A DNA stretch of 63,680 nucleotides, filler included, from Lama guanicoe (Eukaryota): the NCBI GenBank assembly GCA_013239625.1. It is 171 parts of 171 records of this genome, joined end to end, with 100 filler letters (N's around TTAATTAATTAA, not from the genome) between each part and the next. Parts side by side here need not be neighbours in the genome. Positions count along the whole stretch, not along the records: positions 25,715 to 25,987 come from PNXV01051787.1; positions 26,088 to 26,360 come from PNXV01051788.1; positions 26,461 to 26,733 come from PNXV01051789.1; positions 26,834 to 27,106 come from PNXV01051790.1; positions 27,207 to 27,479 come from PNXV01051791.1; positions 27,580 to 27,852 come from PNXV01051792.1; positions 27,953 to 28,224 come from PNXV01051793.1; positions 28,325 to 28,597 come from PNXV01051794.1; 163 more parts are not named here. One strand, written 5' to 3'. Below are positions 25,715 to 37,644 of the stretch, in pieces. The notes under the pieces were generated by a model. It did no database searches. It worked only from the letters and a program-made list of their open reading frames with translations, and had not been told where the DNA came from. Every line of letters starts with the position of its first letter. Position 1 is the stretch's first letter. Made by a program: the position numbers and the translations under genes.

Positions 25715-25987
25715 TGAGGGGTGGGCCATGACACATGCCCCTGACACCAGACCAGATTGGGACATTAACACCCAAGAAGGAAGAGAAGCACTGTGTGAGT
25801 ACCAGAAGGCCATCCTACAAGGGCTAAGAGTGGGAGCCAAGAAGCCAACTAACGTCTAAAACGACCATGGTGACCCAGAAGCCAGACAGAACCCCCACTG
25901 ACTTCTATGAGAGACTATGTAAAACATTCCGAGTCTATACTCCTTTTGATCCTGAAGCCCAAGAAAACCAGCGGATGGTCAACGCTG
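25715..25987 (+). pseudogene. gag: Endogenous retrovirus (class I/gammaretrovirus-like) gag capsid fragment with a frameshift
   Basis: PDTRPDWDINTQEGREALCEYQKAILQGLRVGAKKPTN, then after a frameshift near 25855 SKTTMVTQKPDRTPTDFYERLCKTFRVYTPFDPEAQENQRMVNA, which includes the major homology region. Confidence 0.85.
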
Positions 25988-26833
25988 NNNNNNNNNNNNN
26001 NNNNNNNNNNNNNNNNNNNNNNNNNNNNNNNTTAATTAATTAANNNNNNNNNNNNNNNNNNNNNNNNNNNNNNNNNNNNNNNNNNNNGAGTTTGATTCTG
26101 TTCAGAAAATTCAAGTTCTTAGTGATGCAAGGTGTCGGAATTCACATCCACCACAGCCACCAGGCTCTGTTTTGGTGGCCTGAACCACAGTTACTCCATT
26201 TTGATTTTACATGAGTTTAAACGTGTCATTACTGGCCTCCATCACATGGTCTTTAATGAACGATTTTTTATTTTTGGTGGACTATTTTAACCTCCGAAAT
26301 GATTTAAAGCTTCCAGCACTTGGCAAGAATAAAAAGCAGATGACTCTTTAGAAAACACTTNNNNNNNNNNNNNNNNNNNNNNNNNNNNNNNNNNNNNNNN
26401 NNNNTTAATTAATTAANNNNNNNNNNNNNNNNNNNNNNNNNNNNNNNNNNNNNNNNNNNNTACACTTTATGGATGGAAAAAAAAAAAAGAAAGAAAGAGG
26501 GAAGGAAAAAAAATCCTATGCCAGTAACTCCTACTTTCCCAGTTAAGGATTCTTGTTCTGTTTTGCCTGACTTAATCACTCTAGAGCTTGTAATCAAATC
26601 AAATCATTTACTTCAAAATATGTATTGAGCATTTGTTCTGCCAACTTTGTACTTACAGTTATCACATTGTCATATATTAATTTACTTTTTAAAATGTGTC
26701 AAAATGTGTTGATGAAGTAGACACAGTATAATCNNNNNNNNNNNNNNNNNNNNNNNNNNNNNNNNNNNNNNNNNNNNTTAATTAATTAANNNNNNNNNNN
26801 NNNNNNNNNNNNNNNNNNNNNNNNNNNNNNNNN

Positions 26834-26967
26834 CCTACTTTGCACCTTGATCTTGGACTTCTAGCCTCTAGAACTGTAAAAAATAAAAATAAAATAAAAT
26901 AAAATTTCTGTTGTTTAAGGCACCCCATCTGCAGCATTTAGTTATGCCAGACCAAGCAGAGTCATAT
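26834..26967. mobile_element. MLT1 LTR 3' end
   Basis: CACCTTGATCTTGGACTTCTAGCCTCTAGAACTGT...AAATTTCTGTTGTTTAAG. Confidence 0.8.
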
Positions 26968-27952
26968 AGGTTCCTTTCAGGGGGTTATAATCCACAAAGA
27001 TTATACTATTAGGATAACTGTAACTGCAATACTGACTTGATTAAGCAGATACTGTATGTCAGCTAAGTCTCCTCTAAGTCAATTACTTCTCCAGCAGAGT
27101 CTAGTCNNNNNNNNNNNNNNNNNNNNNNNNNNNNNNNNNNNNNNNNNNNNTTAATTAATTAANNNNNNNNNNNNNNNNNNNNNNNNNNNNNNNNNNNNNN
27201 NNNNNNTTGACGTCTGTCCTATAAATAGGAGATTGGTGGAGAAAGAGAGCCCTCAATACCTTGGCCATGTTTGCAAGGAATTTAATCTCTGCAACTTGGA
27301 AATGGGGATGGGAGATGAGAAATGCTTTCAGTCTACACTTCCAAAGTGAAATTGCCCAACCCTTGCCTGGGTGCTGAGGGAAAGAGGGTCTCTTTTTCTT
27401 GGCTATACCTGCCTACATTAGAGCTTCTGTCATCACAGTCAGTCAGAGAGATTAGGAAAGGAGCAGATGCCACAGACTCNNNNNNNNNNNNNNNNNNNNN
27501 NNNNNNNNNNNNNNNNNNNNNNNTTAATTAATTAANNNNNNNNNNNNNNNNNNNNNNNNNNNNNNNNNNNNNNNNNNNNCATTTGTAAAACGACCGGATG
27601 GGAAGCTCTGAGGTCCCTCCATGTGGGTGACACGTCCTTGTTGGTACCAGGGATGACCATCCACCAATACGCCTCCAGCAAGAGGGCCAGAGGCTGATGG
27701 CTTCCGACAAGCCATCTGGAGACGCCAGGTCAGCGGAAAGGCCAGGGGAAGAGGCGCTGAGGGAGGCCTGACTGGGGCTGGAGCCAAATGACCCCGATGA
27801 GCTGTTCTAACGGCTATTTGCATGGAGCTGATTCAACAGTATTTGGCTCTTTNNNNNNNNNNNNNNNNNNNNNNNNNNNNNNNNNNNNNNNNNNNNTTAA
27901 TTAATTAANNNNNNNNNNNNNNNNNNNNNNNNNNNNNNNNNNNNNNNNNNNN

Positions 27953-28224
27953 CAGAAAGAGAAAGAAAAATACCACATGATATCACTTGTATGTGGAATC
28001 TAAAAGAAAAGGAGACACAAATGAACTTATCTACAAAACAGAAACATACTCACAGACACAGAAAACGAAATTATGCTTACCAGGGGGGAACGGGGATGGG
28101 AAGGGATAAATTGGGAGTTTGAGATTTGTAAATACTAACTACCATTGATAAATAAATTAGCTAAAAAACAAGTTTCTTCTGTATAGCACAGGGAACTATA
28201 TTCAATACCTTATAGTAACCTATA
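27953..28224 (+). mobile_element. Artiodactyl-type LINE-1 3' UTR
   Basis: ATGATATCACTTGTATGTGGAATCTAAAA...CAAATGAACTTATCTACAAAACAGAAA...GTATAGCACAGGGAACTATATTCAATA. Confidence 0.88.
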
Positions 28225-29443
28225 NNNNNNNNNNNNNNNNNNNNNNNNNNNNNNNNNNNNNNNNNNNNTTAATTAATTAANNNNNNNNNNNNNNNNNNNN
28301 NNNNNNNNNNNNNNNNNNNNNNNNTTGTTTATTTTATATATAGTAGTTAATATCTGTAGAAGACTTTATCATCAAATGCTGAATCTCATTTTCAAGTCCT
28401 TCTCCAATTGGATCTATTCATGAACAATTTGTTATAATTACCAGACAATTAATTAATTGTATTTCCTGAACCACTATATACTTCAAACTCATACCTTTTC
28501 CCACACTGTCTCTACACTTTAGAAAGTCTTTTCCAGTTTGGTCAACAATCCTAACATTTGCAGCACAATCCAAACAGCAGTTCCTCAAACATGTCCTNNN
28601 NNNNNNNNNNNNNNNNNNNNNNNNNNNNNNNNNNNNNNNNNTTAATTAATTAANNNNNNNNNNNNNNNNNNNNNNNNNNNNNNNNNNNNNNNNNNNNATG
28701 CGTCAAAGCAGTGGAAACCCTTGCAAACTCAGAGCTGGCTCGGCCCACCAGTGCTTGGAATGAAGGGAGGGCTCGGGAAGGTGGGAGATGGTCCTCCTGG
28801 GAATGGGGTGTTGTGGGCGGGGCACTGTGTTTGTGGAACTGGGTAGCCACAAACCAGCCTTGTGGCCAACTCATGCTACATAAAGGAGTCTGAAAATTTC
28901 CAGGTATATAATTTGAAGGGGCCTCACTTTAGAGATGCATCCTAAAAGAGTAGTCCAAACAAAAAAAATTNNNNNNNNNNNNNNNNNNNNNNNNNNNNNN
29001 NNNNNNNNNNNNNNTTAATTAATTAANNNNNNNNNNNNNNNNNNNNNNNNNNNNNNNNNNNNNNNNNNNNCAGTTTTACTTAAGGAGTGGTGGAGCACAA
29101 AAGTTTGACTTAATCAAGGTCAGAGTCAAGGCACTGGAATCTAAATGCTGTGTTTTTTCATTCCTATTGTCTTGAAAGTTTAGAAATCTGTGCATTTAGA
29201 TAGCATTTCCCTGGCTACAGAATATTATTCTTTACCTTTCTTGTGGTTTTAGAAAGTGATAATAAATCTGAATTTTTCCAAAAACTCAATAGCAGTATAA
29301 AATAATTATGAAATAGTTTTCTGGCCAGCTAAAATTGTGATTTNNNNNNNNNNNNNNNNNNNNNNNNNNNNNNNNNNNNNNNNNNNNTTAATTAATTAAN
29401 NNNNNNNNNNNNNNNNNNNNNNNNNNNNNNNNNNNNNNNNNNN

Positions 29444-29571
29444 GCATGCTCAGCACACACGAGGTCCTGGGCTCAATCCCTAGTCCCTCCTCTAAATAAA
29501 TAAGCAAAACCCAGTTACCTCCGCCTCCAAAAACAAATAAACAACAACAAAACAACAGCAACAACAAGAAA
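29444..29571 (+). mobile_element. Vic-1-type SINE 3' part with an A-rich/(CAA)n tail
   Basis: GCATGCTCAGCACACACGAGGTCCTGGGCTCAATCCCTAGT...AAATAAATAAG; similar to 5631..5756. Confidence 0.75.
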
Positions 29572-29884
29572 GACACTATACTATATTAATGCCTCCATGC
29601 CATAGAACTGGGAAAACATCATTCTTTGGAAAATCAAAAGTTTATGATCATTTCTCTTGATCATTTGAACTACAAAGCCTTCCAGTCCTTGCCTGTCACT
29701 TGCCTTTCTCTGAAGTNNNNNNNNNNNNNNNNNNNNNNNNNNNNNNNNNNNNNNNNNNNNTTAATTAATTAANNNNNNNNNNNNNNNNNNNNNNNNNNNN
29801 NNNNNNNNNNNNNNNNGGGTATTTTATCAGCAGGGTGTGGCCCCGTGACCAAAGGTCGGGTGGCGTTAGATTAGGAGCCTGGGG

Positions 29885-30050
29885 CATGTGATCAGAAGAT
29901 GGTGGGCACATGATCAGAGGCAGGGCAACAGGTGATATGGGGGTCTGTGGCTGAACACGTGATCAGTGGCCAAGCAACACATGATCAGGGAGTGCACGGT
30001 CCGACCTGGGGCCTGGGGGCACGTGATCCGCAGGGCTGTGCACGTGATCG
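29885..30050. repeat. Degenerate ~22-bp minisatellite with a CANNTGAT core
   Basis: CANNTGAT at 29885, 29907, 29929, 29956, 29978, 30020 and 30041. Confidence 0.7.
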
Positions 30051-30935
30051 GGGCCATGCTGGGTAAATGCAGTGTCCTGCTGGGTTTTTNNNNNNNNNNN
30101 NNNNNNNNNNNNNNNNNNNNNNNNNNNNNNNNNTTAATTAATTAANNNNNNNNNNNNNNNNNNNNNNNNNNNNNNNNNNNNNNNNNNNNAAATACTTCAA
30201 AACACGAGGACACTGCACATGCTGGTTCATAGAAGATGTGCCTTCTTAATCCTTGTGCTTCACATACAGAAAAAAAGCAAAGCATTTTTGAATTCATACA
30301 AACCTGGCATGCAATTCAAATTTGTTCTTTCTAAGATGCTCTGTCTAGAAACTGCTGTGTCAAATAAATTAGTGAGTATGACTTTTCCTGAAACTATAAA
30401 GTCCAAATATCACTACGCTGAAGCTAACTTATACATTATTAAATGAAAATGTTAAACTTGACNNNNNNNNNNNNNNNNNNNNNNNNNNNNNNNNNNNNNN
30501 NNNNNNTTAATTAATTAANNNNNNNNNNNNNNNNNNNNNNNNNNNNNNNNNNNNNNNNNNNNGGAGTGCTGCCCCCTGTTTCCTTTTGTGGTTCTTAGTA
30601 ATGGGGGTGCTTTTCCCTGAGCAGTGAGCCCGCAACTTCATCTTGTGTGTGCTTCCTGTGTTACATGTCTTGCTGTTGTTGTGTTTCGTGTTCTTCTTTT
30701 TTCAAATACTTAAAAACAGAGCAGAGATCTGCAGATTGTACATGTGCGGCTCTGAAACCATCGCTACCCTGCGTGTGCGTCACATCCATTCTCTGAATTA
30801 TCACATGGATTACATGACAGTGAACTTCGTCAGCTNNNNNNNNNNNNNNNNNNNNNNNNNNNNNNNNNNNNNNNNNNNNTTAATTAATTAANNNNNNNNN
30901 NNNNNNNNNNNNNNNNNNNNNNNNNNNNNNNNNNN

Positions 30936-31208
30936 CAACCTCACAATAGCAGCAAAAACAATAAAATACTTAGAAATATATTTATGATGTCAACAGATTG
31001 TATTCTGAAAAAATAAGCCATTGAAGAAAAAACATGAAGATGACATAAACGAAAAGATATCTCATGTTCACGGACTGGAATAGTTAAAATTATTAAAATG
31101 TTCATACTACTCTAAGCCATCTACAGATTTAATTCAATCCCTATAAAACTCCAATGGCATTTTTTTCAGAAACAGAATAAACAACCCCAAGACTCACATG
31201 GAACTACA
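30936..31208 (+). mobile_element. LINE-1 ORF2 fragment
   Basis: AAAATACTTAGAAATA...CATGTTCACGGACTGGA...AAGCCATCTACAGATTTAATTCAATCCCTAT. Confidence 0.85.
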
Positions 31209-33173
31209 NNNNNNNNNNNNNNNNNNNNNNNNNNNNNNNNNNNNNNNNNNNNTTAATTAATTAANNNNNNNNNNNNNNNNNNNNNNNNNNNNNNNNNNNN
31301 NNNNNNNNATCAACAAAATACGCAAGAATTAAAGGTACCACTTGTTAAACTAATGGCAGTACTTAATCAGCTAACTGGTCTATGATGAGATAATGCAATA
31401 CGGCATCTAAAAAATCCTGAGAATACCTGCTTTTGGTAGACCAGATATTCCAACAGAACTTCCTGTATCAGAAAACTAGGTCCAAAGTAGCACAGTGGTT
31501 TGATTTAATGTGATTGATGTGCAAGTGCCAGAGAGGTCTCCGTGGACCCTGCAAATTCAAATTCTTCTTCCTCCTTCCCCTNNNNNNNNNNNNNNNNNNN
31601 NNNNNNNNNNNNNNNNNNNNNNNNNTTAATTAATTAANNNNNNNNNNNNNNNNNNNNNNNNNNNNNNNNNNNNNNNNNNNNGAGCATCACATTGTCGTGT
31701 CATTTTATATTTCCCTACTTATAAGACCAACTCAATCAGCTATTCATGGTTCAACTAATGAGGTATCTCTTCAACTTGTTTGCCAATGATTAGTTCTATT
31801 GTTTTAATTACTTTGTTTAGTGTCAGGTTCTGGTTTAATAGATAACATGATCCGTTTAAGAAACATGTAATTAGAAAGCACATCATCCAAGTCTGTCCTG
31901 GCCTGCTCATTCCCTTAATATTTTTCTCAGAAAAAAGTCTCTAATTTTGATATGNNNNNNNNNNNNNNNNNNNNNNNNNNNNNNNNNNNNNNNNNNNNTT
32001 AATTAATTAANNNNNNNNNNNNNNNNNNNNNNNNNNNNNNNNNNNNNNNNNNNNAGCATTTTCACCTCTGCATCGGGCGAGCTGGAAGGAGTTGGAGAGA
32101 ATCACTCATGCCGGGGCAACTCCTGGGCATGCGACGGGGTGCCAGTGGGAACCAGCTGGCAGGAGAGTGGCCGCCCAGGGTAACCGGAACCTGCTGCCTG
32201 TCCTGGCCACCGACCACTGGGGGCGCCATCTTCGTCTTCCTCCTCCTCCTCCTCATTACTATCACTATTACTACTTTGGGAGTTTGAGTCCTTACAACTC
32301 TACAACTCTGTGGGGTCAAGGCAAGAANNNNNNNNNNNNNNNNNNNNNNNNNNNNNNNNNNNNNNNNNNNNTTAATTAATTAANNNNNNNNNNNNNNNNN
32401 NNNNNNNNNNNNNNNNNNNNNNNNNNNTGTATGGTTCATGCATCACGGCAGCTACCATAGGTGGCAATGTGCTGTTAATCACAGTCTGCAAGTTTATATT
32501 CAGACTTGCAAACCAAGTGAGCCCACTGCTGCCCCTTCTGATAGGAAAGTTTCAAAAACATATATACTCAAAGGACACACAGGTGACCTAGATGAGTGAA
32601 GCAGGTCCTGATAAGGCAAGGTTTGGTGGAAGTTAGCAAACTGCAGACAGCCTGACCACATCTGTGAGTAGAACTGTGCTCCTGTCAATTGTTTCTATGG
32701 NNNNNNNNNNNNNNNNNNNNNNNNNNNNNNNNNNNNNNNNNNNNTTAATTAATTAANNNNNNNNNNNNNNNNNNNNNNNNNNNNNNNNNNNNNNNNNNNN
32801 AAAAAAAAGGCAATTATTATGGGCACTCATACACATATATATATAGTACATTTCTGGAAGATTCATTAGAAATTGGTATCATTGGTTCTTCCTGGGAAGG
32901 ACAGCTTGGCATCAGGGATGGAAAGGACACATGCTTTTCATTATATACTGTATCTTTTCAATTTTGCAAAGATAACTTGTGTTGTTTCTCGAATAACAAA
33001 GAAAACAAAGTATAATACTAATAATTAAAATAGTAAATGGAATGTGAATAAATGGAATTGCTCATTGCTTCTANNNNNNNNNNNNNNNNNNNNNNNNNNN
33101 NNNNNNNNNNNNNNNNNTTAATTAATTAANNNNNNNNNNNNNNNNNNNNNNNNNNNNNNNNNNNNNNNNNNNN

Positions 33174-33441
33174 AGCCATCCTTCACCTAGCTTGAAGGGA
33201 ACACAAAGATTCTTTTCAGTTGGGAACACCAATACATACATATATATGGAGAGGTTTCAGCTCCAACTCGTTTTTACAGTGAAAACTACAGGAACTTCAA
33301 ACCGGCACTAGGAAAAAGACTGAGGAACCAGAGTTAGTGTTTGTCCTGAAAACCGTTCCATTGTGCTGGATGAAAAAACTAGTCTCCACAATCTTTGTTC
33401 TGAGAGATAAGTGTGTGTGAAAGCCGTCCTTCACCTAGCTT
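33174..33441. repeat. Candidate tandem satellite monomer (~248 bp) with wrap-around ends
   Basis: The first 20 nt (AGCCATCCTTCACCTAGCTT) recur as the last 20 nt (AGCCGTCCTTCACCTAGCTT), 19/20 identical, offset 248. Confidence 0.65.
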
Positions 33442-33541
33442 NNNNNNNNNNNNNNNNNNNNNNNNNNNNNNNNNNNNNNNNNNNNTTAATTAATTAANNN
33501 NNNNNNNNNNNNNNNNNNNNNNNNNNNNNNNNNNNNNNNNN

Positions 33542-33814
33542 GCGACCGGTCGCCGCGGGCGTCGGCGGAGCCGCTTTCCCTCTGCGCCTCGTCTGGTCTC
33601 GGGTGAGTTGGCGGCCGGGGGCGCGCGGGGCTTTCCGTGCTGCCCCGCCGACCGGGGGCTGAGAGGAGCCGCAGGGTGCCGGGAGGGGGCCGGGGCGGTT
33701 GGCGGGGGCGCGGGAGGCTCAGGCCGCCGGGAGGGCGGCGCGTCGGCGGGGGCTCGCTTGTGCCTGTCGCCCCGGGGCCCCGCGCGGACCCTGGTCGCCC
33801 AGGCATTTCGGGGG
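33542..33814 (+). promoter_or_regulatory. CpG-island fragment, probably the end of a first exon (donor GG|GTGAGT at 33603) and start of intron 1
   Basis: Extreme GC/CpG content with a consensus splice donor followed by G-rich sequence typical of a first intron. Confidence 0.6.
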
Positions 33815-33914
33815 NNNNNNNNNNNNNNNNNNNNNNNNNNNNNNNNNNNNNNNNNNNNTTAATTAATTAANNNNNNNNNNNNNNNNNNNNNNNNNNNNNN
33901 NNNNNNNNNNNNNN

Positions 33915-34187
33915 CTCCTTGGAGAGAGAGATGACCCTAGGGCAGGGGCAGAGAAAGTACAAGATGTGTGCGGGTCGCAATGCTATGTATGTCAGCTGTA
34001 AGGAGCACTCAGAGAATGGGGACATTCCAAATGACCCAGGAGACAGTTTGCAGGGGTTTCACTGACCAAATATGGGACAGTTTAAAATAAATAATAATAG
34101 TAACAAGTTGTAACTCTGAGTAAATTAAGAGTCAGAGCCTTCACAGTGATATAGATAAAGAAATAAGTAAATAAAACACAAGTGGGG
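33915..34187 (+). mobile_element. L1MC-type 3' region fragment (related sequence at 58549..58822)
   Basis: CTAGGGCAGGGGCAGAGAAAGTACAAGATG...CACTGACCAAATATGGGACA; similarity to the L1MC3/4 consensus from memory. Confidence 0.6.
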
Positions 34188-34287
34188 NNNNNNNNNNNNN
34201 NNNNNNNNNNNNNNNNNNNNNNNNNNNNNNNTTAATTAATTAANNNNNNNNNNNNNNNNNNNNNNNNNNNNNNNNNNNNNNNNNNNN

Positions 34288-34560
34288 GTACAGTTAAGTG
34301 GCATTAAATATAGTCACACTGGTGTGCAACCATCTTTCAAAACTGACACTATCCCCACTAAATGGCTCCCCCTCCCCTGGGAACCAGCATTCTCCTTTCG
34401 GTCCCTGTGATCTTGACCTCTCTAGGGGTCATACAGTGCTTGTCCCTCTCTGACTGGCTCATTTCACTTTGCAGAGTGTCCTCACGTCGCATCCACGTTG
34501 TAAACTATGGCAGGATTTCCTTCCTTTTTAAGGCTGAATAATACTCCTTTGTGTGGACAG
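34288..34560 (-). mobile_element. L1M 3' end fragment
   Basis: GTACAGTTAAGTGGCATTAAAT...GACTGGCTCATTTCACTT...CTTCCTTTTTAAGGCTGAATAATACTCC. Confidence 0.8.
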
Positions 34561-35406
34561 NNNNNNNNNNNNNNNNNNNNNNNNNNNNNNNNNNNNNNNN
34601 NNNNTTAATTAATTAANNNNNNNNNNNNNNNNNNNNNNNNNNNNNNNNNNNNNNNNNNNNTGGGGACTTCATCCATCCACAAAGATGTCCTCAGCGGCTG
34701 ACCGAGGCAGGTAGCTCACAGGCAGGCCAAGGAGGTGTAAGGGAAGGGAGGAGGCACCTGCCTGGGACCCCAAGGCCAGTCGGGAAACCCTGAGGGGGCC
34801 TCAGTCCCGATGGCCCCAGGGTGACCTGTGGAGGGCTGTGCTCTCCGGGCATGGGGTGCTCTTTCAGATTGATGGCAGTGACTGAAATGAAATATTTATA
34901 AAACCCAATTTACTTTAAATGGGTGAATATCGCNNNNNNNNNNNNNNNNNNNNNNNNNNNNNNNNNNNNNNNNNNNNTTAATTAATTAANNNNNNNNNNN
35001 NNNNNNNNNNNNNNNNNNNNNNNNNNNNNNNNNGGAGTGACAAGCAGCCTGAAGGCTGACAAAGAAAGGTGGGAAAAGGCAGCAATCTCGTGTCCCAATG
35101 TAACCATTTACTCATTGTGCCCTCATTTCCAAAAAATTGGCCTTGTAGATTACAAGTACCCATCATGAACCAATGCCATGACACTTCCAATCCAGACTAA
35201 ATAAGGACAGAAATTCTTCCTCCCTTCGAGAAGGTGGAGTTGGGATGAAACCAGGATATATGACCCCAAACCCTTCACTTCCTAATGAATATTCTGCCCG
35301 ATCATTNNNNNNNNNNNNNNNNNNNNNNNNNNNNNNNNNNNNNNNNNNNNTTAATTAATTAANNNNNNNNNNNNNNNNNNNNNNNNNNNNNNNNNNNNNN
35401 NNNNNN

Positions 35407-35679
35407 ATTGGAAAGAAACAGATCAAACCCATTTTTGTCACTTTTATTTAACCCAATATACCCGAAATATAATTGCTTCAACATGTGAGCAATATAAAAA
35501 AATAAATGGTATATTTTAACTTGTTTATACCAACTCTTCTGTATCCAATGTGTATTTTGCACTTGCAGCTCATCTCCGTTCAGACCAGCCACATTTTGAG
35601 TGGCTAGTGGCACCCGTGGCCAGAGGCTGGCCACGTTGGGCCACGGAGCCCCGGTGGAACCACTGATCTGATTTATCCT
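35407..35679 (-). mobile_element. MER33-like fragment, second copy of 14899..15171
   Basis: Reverse complement aligns without gaps; about 14 substitutions counted by eye. Confidence 0.75.
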
Positions 35680-36898
35680 NNNNNNNNNNNNNNNNNNNNN
35701 NNNNNNNNNNNNNNNNNNNNNNNTTAATTAATTAANNNNNNNNNNNNNNNNNNNNNNNNNNNNNNNNNNNNNNNNNNNNTGATCAATCACAGGCCCAGAA
35801 AACAGCATTTCCCAGACTTCCTGGTGGACAGGGATGGTTAAGTAAGTTCTGGCCAATAAGAAGCAAAAGTTGTTGGAAGTGTCTTCTGGGAAATCTCCTT
35901 ACAAGGTTGAAGGTAGATTCATGTAGTAGGCCCACTTCTGCTCTTAACCCCTTCTTTCCTGGAATATAGAGGTGATGACTGGAGCTGCAACAGCTAACTT
36001 GTGATCTAAGGCAATCTTAGAATGGAAGCTGTATGCTAAATATACTACAGCANNNNNNNNNNNNNNNNNNNNNNNNNNNNNNNNNNNNNNNNNNNNTTAA
36101 TTAATTAANNNNNNNNNNNNNNNNNNNNNNNNNNNNNNNNNNNNNNNNNNNNTGTAGTGTTACGTTTGGCCCTCCCAGCACGTCAGGATCGTGTGTGTGT
36201 GGAGGTGATGTGGGGGGTACACCTTGTGTCTCTCTTGCTTTCCTCACACGGGCCTGACCACCCCTTCCGATTGCCCCTTGTTCTGCTCTGGCCTCAGCTT
36301 TTACTCCCGCTCATATAATTTACTCCTTTTGTTTTTTGGCTCCATCACTTACAGTTTATGTTTATTGTCTGATACGTCCATCCTGCTTTGAGTTTTAGAC
36401 TCTTTGAGAGTCAGAGCTGGAAAAGNNNNNNNNNNNNNNNNNNNNNNNNNNNNNNNNNNNNNNNNNNNNTTAATTAATTAANNNNNNNNNNNNNNNNNNN
36501 NNNNNNNNNNNNNNNNNNNNNNNNNGAAATATGGTTAAATGCAGGTCATTATAAAACTTCTGGCTCTTGTTTTGCGTGGTGGATTCATAAATTCTTATTT
36601 CGTTATCAAAATCCTAAACAAACTTATAATAAATGACTAAGAAGAAGCAGTCCATACATGGACTAAAAATGCTCTGCCGTCTAAGAAAGCTGACAAGCGT
36701 GCCACAATACACAACATACACTGTATACAGGTTGCCATTTGCCTCTTAATGACACATGGTCATTATTTTGTATTATAGTAACATGAAAATACAGCTTGNN
36801 NNNNNNNNNNNNNNNNNNNNNNNNNNNNNNNNNNNNNNNNNNTTAATTAATTAANNNNNNNNNNNNNNNNNNNNNNNNNNNNNNNNNNNNNNNNNNNN

Positions 36899-37171
36899 GT
36901 CCTGTGTACAGAATTGTGCCCCTTCTATATCATGAATCTATTACTTGCGAAGAATCTATAATAACCATTTTGTAGGTATGTTGTCAAACCCCTTTTACTT
37001 GAAATGGCTCCAAATTTTACAAGGTAACTTTTTTTTTTAAATAAAATCATGTTCATTGCATGAGATACTATCATTTAACATCTTTAAGTGATCAGTATAT
37101 TATTTCAACTAGTTACTTTCCCGTTTCCAATTAAAGGTAACCTTTTCAAAATAGAAAATTATTACTGAAAT
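36899..37171 (+). repeat. Contig duplicated with divergence at 37645..37917
   Basis: Same first 49 and last 49 nt; internal substitutions and small indels. Confidence 0.95.
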
Positions 37172-37644
37172 NNNNNNNNNNNNNNNNNNNNNNNNNNNNN
37201 NNNNNNNNNNNNNNNTTAATTAATTAANNNNNNNNNNNNNNNNNNNNNNNNNNNNNNNNNNNNNNNNNNNNCTTTGCTAAAATATTCTGTTCTTGCCCTG
37301 AGAATATTAATGTCCTTTTGTTACCTGTGTTCAGTGAGTTGGCATGTGTGAGGGTGAATTGTTTATTGTGACTTGCTATCTCTGAATTTCTTACCAGAAA
37401 ATCAGAATGAGTGTGATGAAGCAGCTGGACAAGAGCCAGTGTCTGCCAGGTAATTCTGAAGATTACTGGGCTGTTAATGTCAGTGGTGACATCAGAAGAC
37501 CTCAGATGTGGGAAAAGAGAACGTGCTGAACATGACTCTTTCATNNNNNNNNNNNNNNNNNNNNNNNNNNNNNNNNNNNNNNNNNNNNTTAATTAATTAA
37601 NNNNNNNNNNNNNNNNNNNNNNNNNNNNNNNNNNNNNNNNNNNN

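Noticed and set aside
28445..28460. Perfect 16-nt palindrome ACAATTAATTAATTGT resembling the linker
   Set aside because: No flanking Ns and not the exact 12-mer; AT-rich low-complexity palindromes arise by chance.
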